Assembly (NCBI GenBank): GCA_030141605.1
Contig: JAQGDQ010000207.1
Location: forward strand, 325,501-389,500
Direction of reading: 5' to 3'
Source of the DNA: Tubiluchus corallicola
Lineage: Eukaryota > Animalia > Priapulida
Length of the DNA stretch: 64,000 bases
Of the stretch, positions 10,849 through 23,800 are shown piece after piece. A program made the position numbers and the translations under genes. Positions within the stretch are counted from its first letter, which is position 1. Each line of letters begins with the position of its first letter. The notes beneath the pieces are model-generated. The model was given only the letters and a program-made list of their open reading frames with translations. It was not told where the DNA came from and ran no database searches.

Positions 10849-13800
10849 TCAGCAAGTTGTTTCTTTGATGACAAGGTCCTCACATTCAGAAATACTTAAT
10901 CTACTCCTGTCACTTGATTTATCCGACCCATCATTAGCAGCTACATTGCTCTCATCTATTGCTCTCATTCTGCTCTTCAGTTCTAAAAGGCAAGGCAAAT
11001 CTTCTGGTCTGTATTCATGATGTGCTGCTGGTATGTGATGAGACAGACCAAGTCTATCGTTTGGATGATAAAATTCAACGTGTGTGGCAGCACTTTCACT
11101 CGTGCTCCTTTGTCGCTTAGCGACAGCACCAGATACGGAGAGCCTGGGCTTTGCTGATGCTTTGTCGCTGTCTGACGCTATTTTCGACCACATCTTTCCC
11201 GCTAACGTGTCGCTCAAGGAACGCTTCAGGCCGCTTTTGCTAGACTGTTTACGTTCCACACTAAGTGAATGTCTTCGAGACTCATCCGATTCACTAGGTG
11301 ATAAAACTTCAACGACAGTCAGTACAACTTCTTCCCCGACAGGTGAACCCCCATCTCCTGATAAAGGAATCCGTATGTTCTCCTGTCGTACAACGTGACC
11401 TACCGTCTCCTTTGAGATACTCAGTTTCTTTTTGATATCCTGTAAAATAATTCATATTTAGCAAATATATATTAAATAGGAATCAGAGACACACAAACAA
11501 TTAGTATTATGCTCGAGCATTATATTGTAGTGGGATGATAGTTAATGCTAGGGGATGGTAGCAGATCGGTTTCAAATGCAGGCAGTTCGGACAACAAGAG
11601 ATCCTGATTCAATAATGAAAATTCTGCGTTCATGTATTCCAGCCTGTGTTCTGTAGAAAAGTGAACATTGATACAGATAAATTAATGTTAAAAGACCTGC
11701 CAGTAACTTATCTTGCATCTTATTTATCCATACCAGTTGGGCTGTAGAACAGGTGCTTATATTGTACATGCATCCATCCACCTACTACCTATTGAATCAA
11801 CAAGGCTATTCCATATCAGAAATTTTAAACTGTTATACAATGCTGATATGCAATGGCTTCATAATGGATCGAACCATCACAACATGGAGGTAAGGGGTGA
11901 AAATAAATGACTTTTCGCCGTCGAAACAATATTATCGGGTGCCACTGCCTCAAGCAACTAAACTCAGCAAGTGAAGATTTCAGATAAGTTAGTGAGTAAG
12001 CTTTGAACCTGAATAGATCATAGAGTACATATCAAGATGTAGAATTTTGCTACTACCAAGCAATGGTTCAAATTTTAAAATTAAGTATAATCCTTAAAAA
12101 TGTAATAACTTTGGGCTGTTGAATCACAATACTACAATTTGGTTGCTGATTTTGAAATAGTAAATCGCCCAAGTAACGACAGCAGCAACATCTTTTCACA
12201 TGTGAATCAAACAAGATTTCAAATTCAATTCATCCAAATATTTCCTGAACAAAATTCTTTTGACAAATGCAAATATTGCAGTACCCAAACATGACAAGCA
12301 AATCTGCAAAACCTGCACACTGTGAAAGGTTTTCACTTAGTCAACATGGGTAACATTTCTTTAATGGTAAATTGTAGATTAAATGGTACATTATCATGTA
12401 CACAGTCAAGTGATTAAGCTAGTACCTTCTACAGTCTTGAATTACATATCATCTAATAATTGACTCTCATTTATTATAGATATTTATAACAAATGAACTT
12501 AATAACAGGAGCCAACTAAAACATAAAAAACAATTTTTATTAACTTCCCAACCTTAACTTTATCATTAACATTAGTTCTTCTTTTTATGCAATTATACAA
12601 AAGGCAATAGCTGTCAAATTGCGGAAGTGCCAATGAGTGAGACCACAGCCAAAACAGCTAGGGGGCATGAGGAAGCGATGTAAGCTTTCTCCTGAATTTT
12701 AAAGGTTGATAGAGAAGCTTTTGGCAAGCAAAAGTCAAGGAATTTTTACTTAAACTTGGCTACTTATTGATAATTTAGCAACATTTTGTGTTATAAAAAT
12801 GAAATATTTAAACTCGTATCTTATCCTTTAATCAATAATAGCCGTAATTTTTTTCGATGCCAACATGTTTCAATTATTCAATGATGGCTTATTGAATAGC
12901 AAAGATGAGATGAATGGCATGCATTTTCGTGTAATTTCCAAGGCGTGTAAGATCTGTTTAAAAATCGGTAAAACAAGATTCAGGGCCCAAAAGCAGTCCA
13001 CGATAAAAATGTGAATCACGGTTCACAAACAACATAATAGGCTAAAATTGCAGCATCGTCACCAGTGTTGTAAGGTAACAATCGTTCTGTAAAACCTTGT
13101 TATGTACATTTATGTTATTATAGTTCTTAGTGACTGGGGCATGGAGAATAAATGCTTTTCCTCCAAGTAGCCGTTTTGAGTTAGTCACCACAGAAAGTTG
13201 AAAGTAAGTAAAAACAAACGTGTTGCGCGATGTTAAATAAATGAGAAAGCCAATTTTTTCTTAATTATTGACAAAAGCTAAAAATGCGTGAATTCATCAC
13301 GGTTGTAGATGAGAACATGAATTCAAGGTCAACTGCAGGAGTCTCACACACAATGTGTGACACACGATAAGTCTGTTAATAATAATAAATTAATTTACAT
13401 GAATTAAACAATTTCAACAATCTATCTAAGAAAACATTACATACCTTTAGTGTGTCGTACGGAGGTGGTATATCAGCACCTGGGCACACTCCAGTTGTCG
13501 CCGGTTCTTCTATGCCAGACAGGTTCCGAGGAAGGTGGACATGAGACTTCACCTGACCAATTGGCCAGTGTCTGTTCGGAACCTGAATAATGGTCACTCG
13601 TGTGTCAAGGCAATAAATGATTTTAAAATGTCACAAAGATGCAAAATTGGGGTTATTTTAGTTATGTTTTTCAATCTACACATATGCACATATCCACTCA
13701 GCTATGAAGTGCACCACCTATTCACGTTTTCAAAGCGAGTTTCACAATTATTGCATTGCTTTGCCTCAAATAGTTAGTGAAAAAAATCTTATCTGTCACT

Positions 13801-16800
13801 CCTTATAAAAATGAAATACACACTTTTAACAGAAAGCAGAAACAGAAGCATTCATGCATTCATCCCTGAAAACAGTAGTAAAACAAAGTTTATCTGTAAG
13901 CATAGTTCGAAGTTTAGAATAAGTACCGGTGTTTTGAGAATTGTCCTGCGACGCCATCTAGTGTGAATACCATAAACAATGGCACAGCCAGGAATGAATA
14001 TTGTAGGTAGTACAACTAGCGCCCAGCCTAGTCTCTCTGCCCATAAAGGATATTCATTATGCGGATTTGCTGCTTGACCACCATATGTCAGTGATGTGTG
14101 GTCAGCTACATTCCATAACCAGATCGCCTGTAATAAGAAATGTAAACATTACCCACATGGGTTAATATGCTTAAGCAAATGCAGAATGCGAACATAGTAG
14201 TTATAATTTTCTCATTACAGCAAGAAAAAATTAAGCATATTTTAGCAACTCTGTATCATTGGTTTTAAAATGTCAGTGCCTAAAAATTGACCCTGAGAAA
14301 TGCTGAACAACTAAAATCAAATTACAAATCTGTTTAGATGTTTAGCTTCTTTTTTTGAAAATACCGTAAAAGGAATTCGATTAACACCTTAACAAGAACT
14401 TTTTCATGCTGTAAACTGTCTGCACGATGAAGTAATAGAACATTTGGTCAACTGTGCTACAATCTCTGTACATACCATCACTTCTACCTATTGACCAATT
14501 CAATTCCCGGTCCAAAAATGTACAATATATCAAAATGCATTGAGCCTGCATATTAGTGGTCGATTTACTCACTGATAAACAGACTGGAGAAACAAGCTTC
14601 CAGCATAACTTAAAGTACACACAAGGTTTGGTCCCAGTCATATCCTCAATGGCTTCAGCTAACAGTTGAGTACCTTTGTAAATAAACAAATAATTGTTTA
14701 TCGTTTGTTTTGTTTTGTTAATCAAAAATCACTTGCTTATGTAAGGCACAGACATTTGAAGACAATCCAAAGACTCTTGCAACAAACATATATTAATTAA
14801 TTACATTGACGGAAAAGCGTGAATATTTCTAGCAACATCAGTTAAACTATCAGTAATAAGTTACAGTTTTTAAGAATGAATACAAATTTATGTACCCAGA
14901 AAGTGGCTTAGCTAAAACTGCAAGTCCAAAATGTGTAAAATATGTGGTATTTCATCTTTAAAGCAAACATAAAAAACAATTCATGTCACACAATACATAC
15001 ATTCCACAGTTGTAGAATCGGCGCCGAAAGTCTAATCAATTTCGACAACGATTTCCAAGAGTGCTTAAAACTTCAACTCTAGCTCTTACTCAGGACTTTG
15101 AGGTATTTAATTAAGCAGACCCAACCAGTTCTGCGGATTTTATATCAAGAACTTCTAAGTAAAGGTACTATTTATATTTATTTTTAAGGCAGGAGAATCA
15201 ATTAATTGTACCTTAGCTAATGAGAGTAGGAGCTTAAGTTGTAAAAGCTTATAGCATAGTGACGGTTTAGCATGACTTTAAAGAAATAATTCAAATATTT
15301 GAACTAAAAACTACCTCAATTGAACATCGTGGTTCAGCTTTACATGAAAATAATGCTACATTGACTTAAAACTGCATTATATTAAGCTGGAGTCCAAAAG
15401 ACGCTCAGACACTTACTGATTCTCTCTCCTCCCAAAACTGACCAACTCTTTAACTCCATCTCCTGACTCTGTCTCTCCAATCCTAGGAAACTGTAGACTT
15501 ACTACTACCAAAACCATCATTCACACCCAATCAACACACCATTCCCTACCACACATTCTGTATACATGTTTACATAACCTAAGCGCACTTACCAAAACCA
15601 TATGAAACGGCCAATATGCCACAGACTGCTACAAATATCAATGCAATCTCACCAACAAAGAAATCGCAGAGTTGAATTATGTAAACACCACCCTAGAACG
15701 ATACCATTGTATGTGTCTTAATAGCTTAAAAATAAGCATGTTTTTGAAAACGTTAATCTTAACTTAAACTGGATCAAATTAATCCATTTTTATTTACAAA
15801 TAAAAATCACCATACAAATTTCACTGAAAATAGAAAAAAAATAATCTTTTCTGTTTTTCTGAATGTGAGATGTAAAACAATTCATATTATCTCAGTAGTG
15901 GATAGACAAATAGCTAATTAGATACATATAGCTAATTAGATACAAACATACTTTGTGTCTTAACATATTGTTGATCATAACATAACAATTCATATAAATA
16001 CAAATGGAAAAGCTAGGAAAAACCACAGATGGTTGTTACTTAATTGGTTTTCTTTCTGAAACATCACCTATGTATACATGTAATCATGAACCAAGTTTTT
16101 GTTATAGTTTTGCAATACAAATAATCAGTGGTGATATTTGTAGTTTATATATGAGAAAATACCTGACTTTTGTAACTGATAAATGCAGCAGAAAGGTGAA
16201 GTAAGGTTTTACAGTAAATAGCATTACAAACATAAAATGTGGAACTTTTTCTCCAGTAGCACTGGCATTGCAAATTATATAGATGAATTAATCTAGTAGT
16301 ACAACAAACCAAATGCTACAAGCAAAGTATAGCTGGGTTAATACTTTGTCATCATTTTTGTGACCTTTGCAACACATACATAAAAATTTGTAAACTAACT
16401 GCAAATAATGTAGATAATCAATTTTCCAGCCAATCACATATTAAATCTTATACCAACACAAGCAAAATTTTAATCGACAAATATTTCCAAGCGTTACTAG
16501 ATATATGTACTTCTTATTGCAGCATCAAGCTTATACATACCTCTGTGACGTAGATGAGACCAATGACGTAAAGAAGACAACAGACAAGAAAGACAAGTGC
16601 TTCATGGTAAACAAGATGGCGCTTGATCCACATGTGGTAACGGTCAGTGATGCTGGTCAAGAACGTCTCTGTGACACCAAACTAAAAAAGCATGCTCAGA
16701 ATGAAAACCTTAACTAAGCAAAAGAAAATGCAGCAAAAACAACTCTACATAAAATAAAATTGACACCCAGCACCCACTTAACAAAAGGCATGGTTTTTAT

Positions 16801-19800
16801 TCAGACACAATATCTGCAAAGTTTCGACAGTTAATGTCATATTCACGCGACAATCACTATACGAAGATGTATACAAAAATCAAAATCAACACTTTTTTCT
16901 AAAAACTTGTCTTGATGAAGGACTACAACCTAAATTTATTCAATTCAGAATAACAAACAATTACAGTGTTGATTTTTCTAAATATATTTTTACACTGTAT
17001 TTTTACATAATTTTATTTAGGTGAATTGTTGCATGAAGTTGTGTTACTAGAAGTGTTATAGAAAACTAAAATGTATGTCAGACACTTAAGAACTAAAGAT
17101 ATACTGCAAAAACATCACCAAAATTTTTTTACAATTGTACCACGCAACAAAATAAGCAGCACTAAACAAGAGAAACTATAAAAAAAGAATAAAACTTAGA
17201 TACTTACCTCATAAAAGCTTGAGAAAAAGCAGCATGAAAAATAGATTACTTTGTAGTAGGTAAAAACAATTTTTTAAAACTTGAATAAACGTACATAATG
17301 CATATTAAAAAGTATTTTAGGTTTTTGCTGCCAATTCTTTAACCCTCTTTTTCTCTGATGTAAATATTAATGTTAGAATATGTTGTTCTCATATTTATGA
17401 ATTGCTTACACAAAAAAGCCATACAATATCTGAAGAAGCCTTATCTGGAAAGAAAACAATATTCTTCTAATATAACAAACCAACTCTAATTTACTGCATG
17501 AAAAAGTTTCGGGTATCAAAAGTAACTAAGGTTTCATCTTCATTTTTTCAGGACAATACAGGCCAGGGTCCAGAAGCGGGGAACACATGGACTTGAACAA
17601 AAAAGTCATATAAATGAGCGAACTATATATGTCAACCTTAGTAGGTCACTGTCATTGGCACTGTGGCAAATTGGAAAAATCAGACACACTCTCAACCACC
17701 AAACAATTGAAAATCTCATATATGTTTTCATAACATCCAAACTTGATTACTGCAGTAGTTTACTTTTTGGGCTTCCTGAATGTGAATATCGTAAACTCCA
17801 ACTAATTCAGAACTCTGTTCCTTGTCTTATTAGCAAAACTAAAAGATATGAACACATTACGCCTATTCTAAAAGAATTGCAATGGCTGCCAATAAAGTTT
17901 CAAATTTAATTTCAAATTCTTCGTGTCACCTAAAGAATACTACATGGTTTAGCACCTGCATATCTCACAGAAACGTTGATATGCCTTATTAGCTTAACAC
18001 CGGCCAAACACTTTGTTCTAATACTAATGAACAAGTTAATTTACATCAGCTAATTCCTAATATAGTATTCTGTGATGAAAAAGATTTTTCTGTTTGTGCT
18101 CGCAACTCCGCAATAATCTATCTGTTGCCATATGTTCTGCAAATTCATTAGATTCTTTTAAACAACATCTTAAAACATGTTTGTTTAGATACTACATTTC
18201 ATGATGAATTAATTTTTAATTTTTTAATGTATTTTAAATTTTGATGTATCCTATGAATTTTAAATGTATTTCACTGTTCAGCATCCTGAGATTTTAAATG
18301 GCGCAGTGTGCTATGTAAATAAAATGTACAGTATATTACATACCTGCGTCTCATTGGACAGAAGCACCAAGATTATAAAAAACCAGGCAGCCCAGAAATG
18401 AGGCACTGGTAGCGTGTCAATCAACACAGGAAACAGTTCAAATATAAAACCTGGACCTGTAGAAGATGAAGCCATAAATATCAATTAAGAAACATTCAGA
18501 GCAATTGACTCTCGGAAATTGAAATATGAAAGGAACCACAATGCAACAAAAGTGTAAATGGAATTGTGCAATTTCCTACTGCAGGTAAAAACCAAATTGA
18601 AAAAATAAAAATAAAATAACGATTACAATACAAAAAATATTTTAGGAAATGTTTAGGAAGCATGGAATACGCGTTTATTTTGCTATATGTCAACAAACAA
18701 TTTCAATGTCAAGTTAAGTTCTGAAAAGAAAATAGTGTGAAAATTTAAAGTTGTTACAGGATTATTATTACTAAAAAGTCAAAAACTGTGTATCACAATG
18801 GCAGTTCTCAAATCCTGCGTGCAACAAATTGTAATCATAATTCATTAAGATTTCATATTTTACTCAAGTTTTATATTCTTCATAATTAAGTTCATAGACA
18901 AGTTAATACACAAATTTTTCATTATTTTTCAAAGTCATTCCAATCAGGTTCCAATCAGGTTCCCACCTAACACATTTAATAATAACTGCTGACAATTTGA
19001 GTGAATGAGTCCAGATCAATCTGGGACAAGCCAATTGCCATTATCATAAACTTTCATTTTGTGAGAGTCGACATTAGAATTTGCGATGTTGTTTGCACAA
19101 AAATTTATCTAATAATGTATCCTGGTGGAAATGGATATATGACAGGCAGCTGTAAATGTCAGTAGGATTAGAAACTGACTAACTGAAAATACAGCAGAAA
19201 GGCTTAAGGTGGGCAGTCATGTCCTAAAATTACTTCCTTCAAACAGGGATTCCCATAGAAGATGTTCTGAAGCTTACAAAAGACCTAATGGTAAACTAAC
19301 ACAACTCCGGGTAAAATTCACTTCCAAAATCAAAATGGGATGACCTAAAATGTTATCAAGGCGAGTGGTTAACTTAACCTAACACTTTTGGACTTAGTAA
19401 TGAAAGGTCAACATAGGGACTGAAACACAAGAGGGGGTGATTGGGCAAAGGTCAACTAAAAAAAGCAGCTAGAAGCAAATTAGGCAACTAATGACTCAAC
19501 ACAAAAAGTCGACCAAAATGCTCAAACATTTGATCATTCTTCAAATTAAAACAAGCAGACATTCGAACTCTGCTGTCACCATTTCTATCAAATAGGAAAA
19601 TTATACGATCTGTTTGCATGTGCAAATTCAGCTTCATACTACCATCATCATCAGCATGAAAACCCTACCACTATAGTCATAAATGTCATCATATACGATA
19701 ATCATCGCTACTACTACAATCATCCGCCTCGTCATCGATGTTGTTGTTGTTGTCATCACAACCACCACTACTGTCACCACCACCAACATTGTCATCGTCA

Positions 19801-20815
19801 TCATCATCACCATCAGCACCATTCTTTTTTTACTGAACTGTGACTGTAATTACACAGATGTCATTACTAATTAGAAAGAAATGTAGTATCTGTGCTAGGC
19901 TAGTTATCTGTACCGTATACACAAGACATAATAAATGAGTAACATCTCTAGTATTAATTAAGTAACTGTGAGTAGGTAAATAGTGCACCGTTTCAACAGG
20001 CAGCATTTGAATGTGTAAGCCTGAGTTGTTCTTAAAAACGACTCGCAATTTGAAAAAGGGATTCATGGATTTTTCATGTTTTCCACACTAACACCAACCC
20101 CAACCTACCTCCATCCACCACCCACTCTCCCTTAGGCATGCACATGTACACTTTGTCATTTACTTCATACCAAAACATACAATACAAAATAAAATATAAA
20201 AAAGTGTAATATAAATAGTAAAAAAAATCAAGTTAGCAGAAGGATTAGCAATAGGTCATCGCTCCTGCAACCGTAAACAACCCCTGTTAATGATCTATTC
20301 TAGAGGTTTTGCAAATACATTAGCCAGGATATGTGAAATATGAACTGAGTCAATGGTCCATGATCTCTGATAATGACTAAATTAGTGTATACTTTAATGG
20401 ACAACTGTTATCATCAGTGTTGTCTTACTGCAAGTTCTCATGACTGTTGCAACTGGATTTCTAATTCATGTCAGAACAGATCAAAATAGCATGCAAGTTG
20501 GTCTGCGTGAGCGTGAAACTTAAGCAGTGCAAATACTTTCCATTAACATCCATTATTATAGATATAACACGTCAATACCACAAGCACTACGGAAGCCATG
20601 CAGAAGCCTTACACCTGAGAAACATATTCACTGTTAATTAACTTCCGTAGTACGCACGCGTTGGACTAACGTGCTATTTAAGAGTAAGATGTTAACAACT
20701 TGTTGACTGAGTTAGGTGGTAAAGTTACTGATTATGCCTTGCAATGCTGGTGTACGCAAACGAATGAAAAGAACACACACACATATATATAGGTGTGTGT
20801 GTGTGCGTGTGTGTG

Positions 20816-20850
<35 letters not shown>

Positions 20851-23800
20851 CTTGCCAAGTAATTCAACAAAAATGCTCAATGACAAGAAGAAAAAACAAA
20901 AGAAGAAAAGATGTGGTGCCAAAGAACCAATAACTGGAAGATAAGTATGAAATCAACTGTGACAACACGAAAAGCACAATTTTATTTACTCTCCATCAGC
21001 AAATCGTACATCAATTAGTCAAGCTACTTGTGGAGCACAAAAAAGACAGGAAAATCTAGCAAATCACAAAAAAATCTGTAGTATCAGTGAGAAAACAAAG
21101 TTATTTGCTATGTGACTGTATCTTCAAAGCATCTTCAACATCACAGCAGCATCTTCAAAGTCGAAATCCTCTAAGAATGTGTCAGTGGAGTAAAAACATT
21201 AGTTTTGCCGTCAACACAAATGGTCACAAAATGATTTGCAATCAACGTCAATCTAAAGCACCCTCTGGGAATGCGTGAAAGACACTACTACAAACCACCA
21301 TAAAAGAAATGATCATGTCACCCACTGCCCGTTATTACTTGCTTTTTAATTTTACAAACGAAACAGTTAACTGGGAATATGAAAATGGCACCACGACTGA
21401 ATATTTCCAAAGTCAAACACTAAAGTCTTCTCGTATAGTAATGATAGTAACTCGCATCATCTACGTCCTCATCGCACTGACCATCATCTGGAGCAACAGT
21501 CTTGTTCTCATAGCCGTCGCTCGCTTTCATCAGGTGCAAAAACACCTGCGAAACTGGTTTATTGCTAGCTTATCCGCCACCGACTTTTTAACAGGGATCT
21601 ACCTCTGTGTTGCTCCATACGTGCTCACGTTTATACCCGACCCTCCTAAAGTATTGTGCTTAAGCCTTTATACAGTGCACAACATGAATATAACACAGAC
21701 GGCCAATTCATTACTGTTTGTAACTATTGAAAGATATATCGCAGTTGCACATCCATTTTTATACATGAGTGTAGTAAAACCAAAAAGCATCAAGTTCATC
21801 ATCGTGATAAGCTGGATAGAAGCCAGCATCATCGGTGGTGCAGTCTGGATTCATAACAGTTGGTTTGTGAACAGTTTCTGTGTCTACGAGGCTGTCATCA
21901 GCAAGCAATCCTTGTACTTAATGGATGCACATCTGCTAGTAAGTATGACAGCCATGTGTGGAATTTATGCAAAGATGTATTTAATTGCTAGACGTCACTA
22001 TCACTCTGTGGCCGCTGCAGATGCCCAAGACACAGGTATGAAATCAAACCTGCATTTAGCAAAAGTGTATTTTCTGATTACGGGTTTATACATTATCTGT
22101 TGCACTCCGTTTCTCGTAATATCGCTGGTTGTGCTTGAGACAAAGTTTGAAAATCATTATCAGTGGGTGCGACGGATCGGATACTTCATGCTTTATTCGA
22201 ATTCTTTTGTTAATGTAATTGTCTATGCCTCCAGGTTGGGAGAATTCCAGAAAGCATTCCGGAAACTGCTCAGTCCTTGGAGGTCAACAGACGTGCTAAG
22301 GTCAGCAAATGGTTCACTAAGATCTCATAATAGAAACATAACAACTGAAGGTGAAGTTTAAGATTGGACCACATTGCTAGACTCGTACAAACTGTACGGC
22401 AAGCAATGGGTGCCAGGCTCTTAAGCAAAAACTGCATTTGACTATTAGGCAAAATTAGCTTGAGTGACACACTTGTGAAGTGGTGATGCATAGTTCAGAC
22501 TAATAATGTCTCTTTCAGCATACACTATCTAAAGTGTGACTAATCATAAGTGATATATATATAATATTTATTTATTTATTTTAGAGAAAAAAATAACACA
22601 AAAGATATAGCACAATAAATTGGCCAAGGTAACCTGTTCAAAGTGACAAGACCATTGCATGATGTACAAGGCACCCAAAATAAAAAGTAACCTATTGCAG
22701 AGTGATACAGCAAATAAAGATAATAATGAAAATCACCCAGATCTTTGAGAGTGCCATTTCGTTCTAGTCTTAGATATGTTAAGAGGAGGTTAAAGATGAA
22801 CTTCATCAAAACTGCTAACAATTAACAGTGCTCATACTCGCTTGAAAACTACATCTCATAATACTGTTTTATTTACAACTCTATGTTTTTTAGGCTGTTT
22901 TTAGAAGTTTTTTTTGTTAACAGAAGTTCAAAAGTTAGCGACCTTTAACGGCCTGTAGCATGATTTGTTCCAGTTAACATAACTTCTTTTGATGTCAATT
23001 TTCACGAAAATTTTCACAAGCATGTACTGCATTTTCTTTCTACTGCGTTATAATGCAGTAGCAGATTGAGGGGGGGGTGGGCAAGGAGCCGGCCCCATTC
23101 ACAGTAGCAGTTACAATACATCAAATGAATATTTTCTCTGGATTACAAGCATTAGAATGATTTACTAAATTCTAGCAGTTCCTTTATTAAATTTATACCT
23201 GTAAAATTGTATATGACAAGGATTCTAATTTTCAAAACAAATGAAATTTACGTACATCATATATACCGTCTACCAAAATGTATTGGTGTGTGACTATGAG
23301 TAAAATGTTTGAGGTGACAAATGAGTCTAAAATGCAGCAAAATGCATTAGCGGTCAAGGTTCTGCCCTTTTGAGGGGGGCTTACAGTGCTCGCCCAGCTG
23401 CCCTAACTGTTTTTTGTTGGGCCCGCCACTTCTCTAAAGCCTGCATGCCGCTGTAATGTACAGAATGCATTCAACAAAACCTACTTAAACCAAGAACAGC
23501 GTATCCAAGAAAACAAAAGAAAGTTGATTGTTTAAATGACACACTGTATTTTTAGTGCATTAACTTTAGTAAGAAGCTTTGATTAAATCAATTTATTTCC
23601 ATTTATAGTCTATCCAATCCTAGTTAACCTTCGTTTAAATTGTTGTTAACAATATCAGTAATTTAACGGTACTTAACAAAGTGAAAAGCTACTGTTCTTG
23701 CTTATTTGTCATTATAACTTATTCTTCAAAAGATATTGGCCATGTACAAGTCATGCATAGTTCAAAGACAAGCCTTCTGTTCTAGAATGCAAACATAAAC

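Noticed and set aside
11084-11398. Antisense ORFs over coding exons (also 36241-36732, 43974-44504, 54282-54503)
   Set aside because: These are shadow ORFs of real exons with no independent motifs.
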